Origin: an uncultured Actinomycetes bacterium
GTDB taxonomy: Bacteria > Actinomycetota > UBA4738 > HRBIN12
NCBI GenBank assembly: GCA_963704725.1
Contig: OY969934.1
Span: forward strand, 2,848,001-2,912,000
Direction: 5' to 3'
Length of the DNA stretch: 64,000 nucleotides
Every line of letters begins with the position of its first letter. Positions within the stretch are counted from its first letter, which is position 1. The translations under genes and the position numbers were made by a program. Positions 19,400-27,348 of the stretch are shown here, in pieces. The notes below the pieces were generated by a model. The model was not told the origin of the DNA. It made no database searches and saw nothing but the letters and a program-made list of their open reading frames with translations.

Positions 19400-19641
19400 G
19401 CGGCGGCGACCTTCCGTTCCACCAGGGCGGCGATGTCCTGGACCGTGCCGAAGTGCGCCGACGTGAGCTCCTGGTCGTCGACCTCGATCTCGAACCGCTC
19501 CTCGATGAACGTGATCAGCTGCATGAGCCCGACGGAGTCGAGCACACCCCCCCACAGCGGGGTGTCGTCGCTCAGCTGTGTGTCGTCGTCCAGGAGCAGC
19601 TCGGTCTTGATGTAGTCCCGGATGCTTGCGGCACGGTCCAT
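19396..19641 (-). CDS. Acyl/peptidyl carrier protein
   Basis: 81 aa, acidic; GVLDSVGLMQL phosphopantetheine site; SD GGAGG upstream. Confidence 0.9.
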   Translation of the reverse strand: MDRAASIRDYIKTELLLDDDTQLSDDTPLWGGVLDSVGLMQLITFIEERFEIEVDDQELTSAHFGTVQDIAALVERKVAAA

Positions 19642-19681
19642 GGTTCCTCCCCGGCGTCCTTGGCTCGATCGTGGAACGGCG

Positions 19682-20038
19682 TCAGGCGGCCGAGCCGCTC
19701 TTGAGCTCGACGATGCGCTTGATCGCCGAGGCCCGACGCCGGAAGCACTGTCGGCGCGAGATCCCCAGCGTCCTCGCGATGCTCGTGGCCGGCTCCTGCA
19801 CGACGTACCACAGATACAGGAGCCGGCGATCCGGCTCGCTCAGGTGCTGCATCCGTCGGCGCAGCTCCGACCGCTCGTCCAGCCGGTCCAGGAGCCCGGT
19901 TCCGATGCCGTCGGCCATCTCGCTGGAGCGCCTCGCGGCCCCCACCAGCAGCACCGAAGACGAGGTCGGCTGCCACCAGTCCGTGTACGTGATGAGCCCG
20001 CGGACCACGTCGGATGCGGAGTCGAGAATCGCCGACAT
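19682..20038 (-). CDS. Small HTH protein with sigma-70 region 4-like C-terminus
   Basis: LSEPDRRLLYLWY...SIARTLGISRRQCFRRRASAIKRI; no region 2 recognisable. Confidence 0.65.
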   Translation of the reverse strand: MSAILDSASDVVRGLITYTDWWQPTSSSVLLVGAARRSSEMADGIGTGLLDRLDERSELRRRMQHLSEPDRRLLYLWYVVQEPATSIARTLGISRRQCFRRRASAIKRIVELKSGSAA

Positions 20039-20046
20039 CTTGCAGG

Positions 20047-21831
20047 CTACTCCTTCGTGGCGGGACGCGACAGGTGGGGGATACCCTCATCCGATCTCGT
20101 CGCCTCGCCGTTCCCGTGCGCGGCGGCCTCGCCGTTCCCGTGCGCGGCGCCGCCGTTCGTCTCGTGAACCAGCACGACGGGCGGAGCCGGCGGTTTCGAG
20201 GACGCCGACCGATCTCGTGCCGGAGCCTGGTAGCGGTACCGCGAGCGATCGGTGGCCTGCCGGATGAGACCCCGGGCCACCCCGTTCAGGATGACGCCGG
20301 TGACGGGCGCCTTGAGGAGCCCGAGGACCTCGGCGGTCCGCCGAGCCGATCCCGCATCGGTCGCCCCCGCGCGCGCTACCACGATGACCGCGTCGACCGA
20401 CGGGATCAGCTGGGTCCAGTCGCTCGCCGTGAGCACAGGCGACGTGTCGACGACGATGACGTCGGCCGACGAGCGCAGGGCGGCGAGCAGCTCCTGGACG
20501 CGATCGGACCCGAAGAGGCCGGCCGTCCTGTTGGGCACCCGCCCGGTGGAGATCACGCGTAGGCCCTCGAGCGCCGTGTCCTGCAGCACCGACTCGAGCC
20601 GAACGGCCCCGCCCTCGAGGAACTCGGTCAGGCCGGGCTCCAGCGCGACGCCGAGCGCGGCGTGCAACGTCGGGTGACGATAGTCGGCGCCCACGACCAC
20701 GACGCGCTTGCCGTTCTCCGCGAACGTGGCGGCGAGGTTGGCCGCCACGGTCGACCGTCCCTCGCGCGGTTCACCGCTCGTCACGAGCACCGTGTGCGCG
20801 AAGCCGGCGTCGCCCTGGCCCTCACCCGGCGAGCCCTGCTGCCAGCCCAGCTGCAGGGACGCGGCGAGGAGCCGGAACGCGTTCGCGGCGGGACCCCGCG
20901 GTGCGGTCTCCATGAGGAGGGCGGCGCGGCGCCGCCTCCCCGTCGACGGGATCACCGCGAGCACGGGGAGCCCGTAGGCGTCCTCCGCGGCGGGCTTCCT
21001 CCGGATCCTGGTGTCGAACCGCTCCAGCAGGAGCGCCAGCGCGATCCCGAGCAGCAGTCCGATCCCGCCGGCGATCGCCAGGCGGATCGTCCGCGAGCGC
21101 GGCGCCTGGATGCCGGGGTCGGTGGCGACCCGCGTCGCGGTCGCGGGCTCCACGACCTCGTACCCGGCGAGGTTGCCGCCGGAGTCCGTGGACAGGTTGG
21201 TGAGCTGCTGCTGGAGGATCTGGCGTTGTCCGTCGAGCGAGTCGATCTGCGCCTGGATCTGAGAACCCTCCCCGCCTCCGGTGGACGGAACGGTCGAGTG
21301 GATCCCGCTGTCCCCGGCCGCCGGCGGCGGCAACTGGTCGGTGAGTCGCGCGATCCGCCGGTCGAGGCGGTCGATCTGACGCCGCAGCGACTCCACCTGG
21401 ACCGTGGTTCGGTCGGAGAGGAACCCGATGAGCTCGTTGGCGAACGTGTCCGCCACGAGCTTGGCGCGCGCGGCCGTCGGAGCCCTCGCCGTGATGTTCA
21501 GCAGCTGCGTCGTGTCGTCGGGCACGGCCGAGACGGTGGCGGCGAGCGCCGCAGGATCCCCGTCGAAGCTGATCGTGTCCGCGACCCGTCGCGGGACCTC
21601 GCCCAGGGTGGCCAGGGCGGCCACGGTGTCGAGGCTCCCGCCCCCCCGCACGCCGAAGCTCGTGGAGGTGCTGAGGAGGTAGGTCGTGGCCGTGAACCCG
21701 GTGCTCGGCGCCTCGACGTGCGAGGGCTCGTTCGGCGACAGCAGCCAGCCGACGGCGAGCGCGACGATGAGGCAGGCCAGGACGACCTTCCATCGCCGCG
21801 CGATGCCGCCGAGGTATTCGGTCAGACCCAT
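20047..21831 (-). CDS. Wzc-like polysaccharide co-polymerase/BY-kinase with degenerate catalytic motifs
   Basis: Two TM helices flanking a coiled coil; ERFDTRIR, LPVLAVIP, TSGEPREGRSTVAANLA, VVDTSP, GVILN. Confidence 0.85.
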   Translation of the reverse strand: MGLTEYLGGIARRWKVVLACLIVALAVGWLLSPNEPSHVEAPSTGFTATTYLLSTSTSFGVRGGGSLDTVAALATLGEVPRRVADTISFDGDPAALAATVSAVPDDTTQLLNITARAPTAARAKLVADTFANELIGFLSDRTTVQVESLRRQIDRLDRRIARLTDQLPPPAAGDSGIHSTVPSTGGGEGSQIQAQIDSLDGQRQILQQQLTNLSTDSGGNLAGYEVVEPATATRVATDPGIQAPRSRTIRLAIAGGIGLLLGIALALLLERFDTRIRRKPAAEDAYGLPVLAVIPSTGRRRRAALLMETAPRGPAANAFRLLAASLQLGWQQGSPGEGQGDAGFAHTVLVTSGEPREGRSTVAANLAATFAENGKRVVVVGADYRHPTLHAALGVALEPGLTEFLEGGAVRLESVLQDTALEGLRVISTGRVPNRTAGLFGSDRVQELLAALRSSADVIVVDTSPVLTASDWTQLIPSVDAVIVVARAGATDAGSARRTAEVLGLLKAPVTGVILNGVARGLIRQATDRSRYRYQAPARDRSASSKPPAPPVVLVHETNGGAAHGNGEAAAHGNGEATRSDEGIPHLSRPATKE

Positions 21832-22370
21832 GCGCGGTCACCTCCACCGCTCCTCGAGAGGAAGAGTCCGACTGCGGCCGCAGCGTTCGGCACCCCCAGC
21901 TTCGAGAAGATCTTCGTCTTGTGACGCTCCACGGTCTTCGGACTGATGCCGAGCTGGCGTGCGACCTGCTTGCCGGCGAGGCCCCGCGCCACCAGCGTGA
22001 GCACCTCGCTCTCGCGGCTCGTCAGGTGGTGCGGTCTGGCGTGCGGCGATCCACCGTTGGGGTTGAGCGCGGCGGCGAGCGAGGCGACGCGCGCCTCGGG
22101 CGAGACGCGGACGGATTCGCCGTCCGGGTCGTCGCCGCCGATGAACACGACGCGGATGCCGAGGCTCCGCAGCCGGCGGGCGGCGCTCTCCGCCTCGGGC
22201 ATCTCGGTGTCGATGGCCACGGCGTCCACCCGGTGGCCGAGCCGGACGACCTCGGTCTCGGTGGTGGCGGTCCCTACGGCGGCGATGCCCGGATACCGGC
22301 CCAGCGCCGTCGCCAGGCCCTCGGCGAACATGGCCTGCCGGTGGGCCACCACGACCGTGCAGACGGTCAT
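21822..22370 (-). CDS. LuxR-family regulator with shortened, degenerate receiver domain
   Basis: LTSRESEVLTLVARG...LGISPKTVERHKTKIFSKLGV; N-terminus VVAHRQAMF lacks the DD pair. Confidence 0.85.
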   Translation of the reverse strand: MTVCTVVVAHRQAMFAEGLATALGRYPGIAAVGTATTETEVVRLGHRVDAVAIDTEMPEAESAARRLRSLGIRVVFIGGDDPDGESVRVSPEARVASLAAALNPNGGSPHARPHHLTSRESEVLTLVARGLAGKQVARQLGISPKTVERHKTKIFSKLGVPNAAAAVGLFLSRSGGGDRAWV

Positions 22371-24226
22371 ACGCGTACCACGTCCGGCACGAATCCGGTC
22401 TGCGCGAGGTCCTTCATCCGTCCGGCGAGGATCTCGTGGTCGTCCTGGAGGAGCTCGAGCTCGCGGAGCGCCCGCTTCAGGGCGGCCCGGTCGGGCGCCT
22501 CGGGGCGGGAGACCATGATGCCCTCGTGGCCGCTTGCCTCGGGGTGCTCCCGCGGGTCGAGCAGGTCCTCGATGAGCTTCTCCCCGGGGCGCCGCCCGAC
22601 CACGTCGATGCGGACGTCCTTGCCGGGGACCCGCCCGGAGAGATGGATCAGGCGCCGCGCCAGATCCAGGATGTTCACCGGCTCACCCATCTCGAGCGTG
22701 AACACCTCGCCCCCCTCCGACATCGCCGCGGCCTGCAGGACGAGACACACGGCCTCCTGGATGCTCATGAAGAACCGGGCCATCGAGGGATCGGTGACGG
22801 TGAGGGGGCCGCCGGCCGCGATCTGCCGGAGGAACGTCGGGACGACGCTGCCCCGGCTCCCGAGCACGTTGCCGAATCGAACCGCGCACATGACGGATCC
22901 GGTGGCCTGCAGGCTCCGGACGATCTGCTCCGCGAACCACTTCGAGGAGCCCATCACGCTCTCCGGGCGGACCGCCTTGTCGGTGGAGACCAGGACGAAC
23001 CGGCCCACGCCGACCGCAGAGGCGGCCTCCGCCACGTTGGCGGTGCCGAGCACGTTCGTGCGGAAGGCCTCGGCGGGGTGGGTCTCCAGCAGCGGGACGT
23101 GCTTGTGGGCGGCGGCGTGGAAGACCACGTCGGGCCGCTCGGAGAAGAAGACCTCGAGCACCCGGTCCCGGTCGCGGACGTCGGCCAGCGCGCAGCTCAC
23201 CGGCAGCGCCGGGTCGAGGTCCGACATCACGTCGTGCAGATGGGTCTCGTCGTGGTCGAGGAGCGTCACGTGCTCGGGCTCGAACGTGAGGACCTGGCGG
23301 ACGATCTCCGATCCGATCGAGCCCCCGGCGCCCGTGATCAGCACCCGCTGCCCGGCGAGCATGGTGCGGACCGCCTCGTCGTCCATCGCCACCTGCTGCC
23401 GCCCCAGGAGGTCCTCGATGCTCAGGTCGCGGATGTCGCGGGCGGTGACCCGCCCGCGAACGGTCTCTCGGACCGTGGGGAGCACGCGCAGGGTCAGCCC
23501 CACCTCCTCGCACCGCGACGCGACGTCGCGGACGAGGTCGCTCGTCGCCGACGGGATCGCCAGGAGCACCTGGTCGGCCTGCGTCCGCCTGGCGATCGCG
23601 TCCAGCGCCGCGCGCGAACCCTGCACCCGGATGCCGTGCAGCGACAGTCCGACCTTCCGCGGGTCGTCGTCGACGTATCCGACCGGCACCAGGCCGAGCT
23701 CGTGGCTGCGCAGGATGTCGCGGACCACCATGGACCCGGCCTCGCCGGCTCCCACCACGAGGACCCGGGTCGGCTCGTCATGGGCGACGCGCCGCCGGAA
23801 GGCGAACAGGCGACTCTGGAAACGGACCGCACCGAACGCGATGAACGCGAGCGTGGGACCGAACACGGCCACCGACAGCGGGATCACGTGGACCTCCACC
23901 GCGGTCACCTCAACCAGAGCCACCACGGCCCCCAGGGCCGTCACCCCGGCCAGCACGACCCGGCGCGCTTCCTGGACGCTCGCGTATCGCCACATCTGCC
24001 CGTACAGGCCGAACAGGAAGTTGCAGGCAACGTGGATCAGGACGATCGCCGGAAGGAACCGCCAGAACGAGTGCCACCAGCTGGGCTCCACCGTTCCCTC
24101 GAGGCGGACAACCAGGCTTCCCAGGTAGGAGCCGATGACCAGCAGGATGTCCAACAGCACCAGTGGCGCATCGCTCCGGACCCTGGCGACGATTCGCGAG
24201 GCGGCGTTGACCGGCTCCTCGGTCAT
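22367..24226 (-). CDS. CapD/PglF-type membrane-bound UDP-GlcNAc 4,6-dehydratase
   Basis: N-terminal TMs, VVGAGEAG, IEDLLGR, TGAGGSIGSE, HAAAHKHVP, STDKAV, VRFGNVLGSRGSVVP, RPGEKL. Confidence 0.92.
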   Translation of the reverse strand: MTEEPVNAASRIVARVRSDAPLVLLDILLVIGSYLGSLVVRLEGTVEPSWWHSFWRFLPAIVLIHVACNFLFGLYGQMWRYASVQEARRVVLAGVTALGAVVALVEVTAVEVHVIPLSVAVFGPTLAFIAFGAVRFQSRLFAFRRRVAHDEPTRVLVVGAGEAGSMVVRDILRSHELGLVPVGYVDDDPRKVGLSLHGIRVQGSRAALDAIARRTQADQVLLAIPSATSDLVRDVASRCEEVGLTLRVLPTVRETVRGRVTARDIRDLSIEDLLGRQQVAMDDEAVRTMLAGQRVLITGAGGSIGSEIVRQVLTFEPEHVTLLDHDETHLHDVMSDLDPALPVSCALADVRDRDRVLEVFFSERPDVVFHAAAHKHVPLLETHPAEAFRTNVLGTANVAEAASAVGVGRFVLVSTDKAVRPESVMGSSKWFAEQIVRSLQATGSVMCAVRFGNVLGSRGSVVPTFLRQIAAGGPLTVTDPSMARFFMSIQEAVCLVLQAAAMSEGGEVFTLEMGEPVNILDLARRLIHLSGRVPGKDVRIDVVGRRPGEKLIEDLLDPREHPEASGHEGIMVSRPEAPDRAALKRALRELELLQDDHEILAGRMKDLAQTGFVPDVVRV

Positions 24227-24321
24227 GACATCCTGCACGGGCCCTCCTGCCGAAGGAAAACGAAGTCCCGAGTCTAGGTAAGGCGGATCTGCGCTCTCAT
24301 CCATCGCCGCGCGTATCTTGC

Positions 24322-25164
24322 CTACGTCAGGGCGCGTACCCCGCCGACCGGCCCGGTGAGCTCGGCCAGCGTCTCGAGCACCTGGCTCGCGCTCATCGGG
24401 GCGATCCCGTAGCAGACCGCGGTCGACACGAGCCGCCCGAGGCCCTCCAGGGTTCGGCGCCCTCCCACCGCGGGGAGGTTCTGGCTCATCGCCGCGAACC
24501 GGTACAGGACGGACGAGCGAGAGACCGGCTCGAAGGGACCTGCCGGCCGGTCGCTGACCAGGCAGACGGCGTCGACCGAGGTCGGTCGGTCGAGGAAGAA
24601 CCGGTCGATGCGACCCTCCCACCCCGGCCCGACCAGGCGCTGCACCGCGTCCGGGGGGATCCGCAGCATCCTCGCCGCCGGGACGGCGCGGCCGGTGGCC
24701 GGATCGATCGCCACCCAGGTGGTCGCCGGCAGCCGCAGCCCGAGCCGCTCCGCCCGGCGGCTCTGGGGGGCCAGGGCGGGCGTGAACGAGGACGGGATCA
24801 GCGCGATCCCGCCGTCCCCGGCGAGCAGCGAGGCGTCGAGGTAGACGGCGTCTCGTCGAGCGCGGAACGTGTGCGATTCGATCTCGTCCAGGAACGCGCG
24901 GGCCAGGGTCCCGAGGTCGGCCGTCCGGCACACCGGCACGGTGCCCTTGTACAGGACGTGGAGGTTCCGCCGTCCCGCCCGCTCGTCGCCCTCGGCGACG
25001 ACCAGCGAGTAGAACGCGTCCGTCCACCGGGTCATCCGATGCTCGGCCAGGACCTCGTCGATCCAGGCGCCGACCCGCTCCGACGTCGTCCGCACGCCGA
25101 CGCGCGCGCCGCCGAGCTTGAACGTGCCTTCCACCACCCACCCGAGGTGGTCCAGCTTGACCAT
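24322..25164 (-). CDS. Hypothetical protein resembling HprK-related kinases but lacking the P-loop
   Basis: YLDASLLAGDGGIALIP aligns by eye with the LHAAxxxxxGxALLxP segment that precedes GxSGxGKS in HprK-like proteins; adjacent to PqqD genes. Confidence 0.5.
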   Translation of the reverse strand: MVKLDHLGWVVEGTFKLGGARVGVRTTSERVGAWIDEVLAEHRMTRWTDAFYSLVVAEGDERAGRRNLHVLYKGTVPVCRTADLGTLARAFLDEIESHTFRARRDAVYLDASLLAGDGGIALIPSSFTPALAPQSRRAERLGLRLPATTWVAIDPATGRAVPAARMLRIPPDAVQRLVGPGWEGRIDRFFLDRPTSVDAVCLVSDRPAGPFEPVSRSSVLYRFAAMSQNLPAVGGRRTLEGLGRLVSTAVCYGIAPMSASQVLETLAELTGPVGGVRALT

Positions 25165-25236
25165 TCAGGTGCTGCGCGGCTTGCCGATCCGAGCCCGTCT
25201 GCGGGCGTCGTACGGCCGCATCCCCGGCTCGGTCAT
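25165..25236 (-). CDS. Putative 23-aa small peptide MTEPGMRPYDARRRARIGKPRST
   Basis: Its ATG overlaps the PqqD stop (ATGA) and its TGA directly abuts the next ATG, filling the gap exactly. Confidence 0.35.
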   Translation of the reverse strand: MTEPGMRPYDARRRARIGKPRST

Positions 25237-25517
25237 CTGGCGGGCTCGGCGCGGCCGTTCATCAGGCCCAGCGATCGGAGCCTCCGGATCAGGGCCCGGA
25301 TCTCCGATTCGACCTGGTCGGCCGGTACGCCGAACGCGTCGGCCACCTCCGCCGCGAGCTCGCGGACCGTGGCGGTCCCGTCCAGGAGCCCGAAGACCAA
25401 CGTGGCCGAGGGGTTGAGGTGGTGGAGCTCACCCGAGCGCTCGTCGTAGATCACCGCCTCCCCGTCGAGCTCGACGACCGTGAGGTCCTCGCGGACGCGG
25501 GGGCGCGAGGCGGCCAC
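25233..25517 (-). CDS. PqqD/RRE-family protein (copy 2)
   Basis: ELDGEAVIYDERSGELHHLNPSATLVFGLLDGTATVRELA...LRSLGL. Confidence 0.9.
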   Translation of the reverse strand: MAASRPRVREDLTVVELDGEAVIYDERSGELHHLNPSATLVFGLLDGTATVRELAAEVADAFGVPADQVESEIRALIRRLRSLGLMNGRAEPAR

Positions 25518-25518
25518 G

Positions 25519-25803
25519 TCACCCCTCCCAGCGAAGGATGCCCAGGCGCTCGAACTCGACCAGGGTCCGCCGGACGTCCTCGGTCACCACGTCGGCGTGC
25601 AGCCCGGACACCTCGCAGATCGCCTCCACCATCTCCTCGAGGGTGGTCTGTCCGTCGCAGAGCTCCCAGATCGCTCGCGCGGTCTCGTTCAGCAGGTGGA
25701 GCCCGCCGGTCGCCGGGTCGAAGACGGCGTTCTCGTTGCCGCTGGCCCGGAGCCAGACGCCCTCGCGACGCGCCGGACGTCCCTGCCGAACCTCGTTGGT
25801 CAT
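25519..25803 (-). CDS. PqqD/RRE-family protein (copy 1)
   Basis: ATG at 25803; AVFDPATGGLHLLNETARAIWELCDGQTTLEEM...FERLGIL. Confidence 0.9.
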   Translation of the reverse strand: MTNEVRQGRPARREGVWLRASGNENAVFDPATGGLHLLNETARAIWELCDGQTTLEEMVEAICEVSGLHADVVTEDVRRTLVEFERLGILRWEG

Positions 25804-26480
25804 CGACCTGCCGCGGCCAGCTCGCGGAGCATCCCGCTCTGCAGCACGAAGGCCGCGGCCTCCAGCCGAGAGTGCACCCCGAGCTTGTGGAGCACGTTCT
25901 GGACGTGCGTCCGGGCGGTCTCGGGGCTGATCACCAGGCGCTGCGCGATGGAGTCGTTGTCGGCGCCGTCGGCGAGCAGGGCCAGGACCTCGCGTTCGCG
26001 GCGGGTCAGCTGCGACACCCGCTTGCGGGCCTCCTCCTCCTCCCGGTGCCGGTGGATGAGATGGGCCAGGAGGGAGCCCAGCATCCCGGGGGGGATGAGC
26101 GTCTCGCCGGCGGCGAGCCGCCGGGTGGCGTCCATCAGCTCCGCGAGCGGGATCTCCTTCGTCAGGTATCCGCGGGCGCCCGCCTCGAGCGCCTCCACCA
26201 CCTGCCCGAGCTCCGAGCCCACCCCGAGGATGAGCACCCGGCACGTCTCCAGGCTCTCGGAGATCAGCCTCGTCGCGCGGATCCCGTCGCAGTTGGGCAG
26301 GCCGGCGTCCAGGATCGCCACGTCCGGGCGGACCCGCTCCGCCTCCGCCACCGCCTGGAGCCCGTCTCGCGCCTCGGCGACGACGTCGAAGTCCTCCTCG
26401 CTCTGCAGCACCGCGCGAACCGCCTCGCGGAACAGCGACTGCTCGTCCGCCAGCAGCACCCGAATCCGCTCCGAGCTCAC
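25800..26480 (-). CDS. NarL/LuxR-family response regulator
   Basis: RVLLADEQ, ILDAGLP, GYLTK, LTRREREVL...ISPETARTHVQNVLHKLGVHSRLEA. Confidence 0.92.
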   Translation of the reverse strand: MSSERIRVLLADEQSLFREAVRAVLQSEEDFDVVAEARDGLQAVAEAERVRPDVAILDAGLPNCDGIRATRLISESLETCRVLILGVGSELGQVVEALEAGARGYLTKEIPLAELMDATRRLAAGETLIPPGMLGSLLAHLIHRHREEEEARKRVSQLTRREREVLALLADGADNDSIAQRLVISPETARTHVQNVLHKLGVHSRLEAAAFVLQSGMLRELAAAGR

Positions 26481-26518
26481 TCGCCCTCCCCTCCAGCCCC
26501 CCGCTGGTGACGCTAGCG

Positions 26519-26564
26519 GTAGCGGACCTACGGTGCACGCGGCGAGGAGCGTAGACAGCCTACG
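26519..26564. promoter_or_regulatory. Two GTAG-N5-CTAC inverted repeats (putative response-regulator boxes)
   Basis: GTAGCGGACCTAC at 26519-26531 and CGTAGACAGCCTACG at 26550-26564, 32 bp apart, upstream of the regulator/PqqD operon. Confidence 0.45.
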
Positions 26565-26636
26565 TCCTTCGCCGCAGATCCGCGAGGGACCGTGCTCGGG
26601 CCCTCCCCGGGTTCGGTGCGCATCTACGCGGCGACC

Positions 26637-27335
26637 TCAGGATCGGGACGTGGGCCGTACGAGGCCGTGCCTGACCGCGAACGCGGCCGCCTCCAGACGC
26701 GAGTGCACCTGCAGCTTGGACAGGATGCTCTGGACGTGCGTGCGGACCGTGTTGGGCGCGACCCCCAGGGCCTTGGCGATCTCGCGGCCCCCCGCCCCCT
26801 GGGCCAGCATCTGGAGGACCTCGACCTCGCGCGGCGTGAGCTGCTGGCCGAGCAGTCGTGCCTGCGACCGACGGCTGTCCCGGGAGGAGGAGCGGGCGAG
26901 CCGGGGCGGGAACACCACCTCGCCGCTCAGCACGACCTGGATGGCGCTGAGGAGCTGCGAGACCTTCGCGTCCTTGAGCAGGTAGCCCCGGAAGCCGGCG
27001 CGAACGATGTCCTCGGCCAGGCGCTGGTCGTCCATGGCGGTCACGGCGACCACGCGCGTGGCGGGACTGACCTCCATGATCTTGCGACCCACCTGCAGCC
27101 CGGTCTCGTCGGGCAGGCCGATGTCGACGAGCGCCACGTCGGGCTGCTGCTTCTGGGCTGCCGGGATCGCCTCGCTGGCGCTCCCCACGGGCTCGCTCAC
27201 CTCGTAGTGATGGCGAACGAGCGCCGCTCGGATCGCGTCGGCGAAGAGCTTGTGGTCGTCGACGATCAGGATGCCGCCGATGGCGGATTCCCCCCGTCTC
27301 CGGCGGCGGGACCGCGGAGCTCTTGTCTCGAGCAT
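26637..27335 (-). CDS. NarL/LuxR-family response regulator
   Basis: ILIVDDHKLF, LVDIGLP, GYLLKD, LTPREVEVL...NTVRTHVQSILSKLQVHSRLEA. Start uncertain. Confidence 0.92.
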   Translation of the reverse strand: MLETRAPRSRRRRRGESAIGGILIVDDHKLFADAIRAALVRHHYEVSEPVGSASEAIPAAQKQQPDVALVDIGLPDETGLQVGRKIMEVSPATRVVAVTAMDDQRLAEDIVRAGFRGYLLKDAKVSQLLSAIQVVLSGEVVFPPRLARSSSRDSRRSQARLLGQQLTPREVEVLQMLAQGAGGREIAKALGVAPNTVRTHVQSILSKLQVHSRLEAAAFAVRHGLVRPTSRS

Positions 27336-27348
27336 GACCGGATCGGGC

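Noticed and set aside
16615-19641. dlt (D-alanylation) operon
   Set aside because: There is no DltB/DltD, a dehydrogenase is present, and the pocket residues fit proline rather than D-alanine.
20102-20149. 24-bp direct repeat near the wzc 3' end
   Set aside because: A two-copy in-frame duplication (AAHGNGEA) in a disordered tail; no sign of function.
11667-25803. PQQ or lasso-peptide biosynthesis cluster
   Set aside because: No pqqA/B/C/E, asparagine-synthetase-like cyclase, transglutaminase-like protease or YxxP-type precursor was seen in the window.
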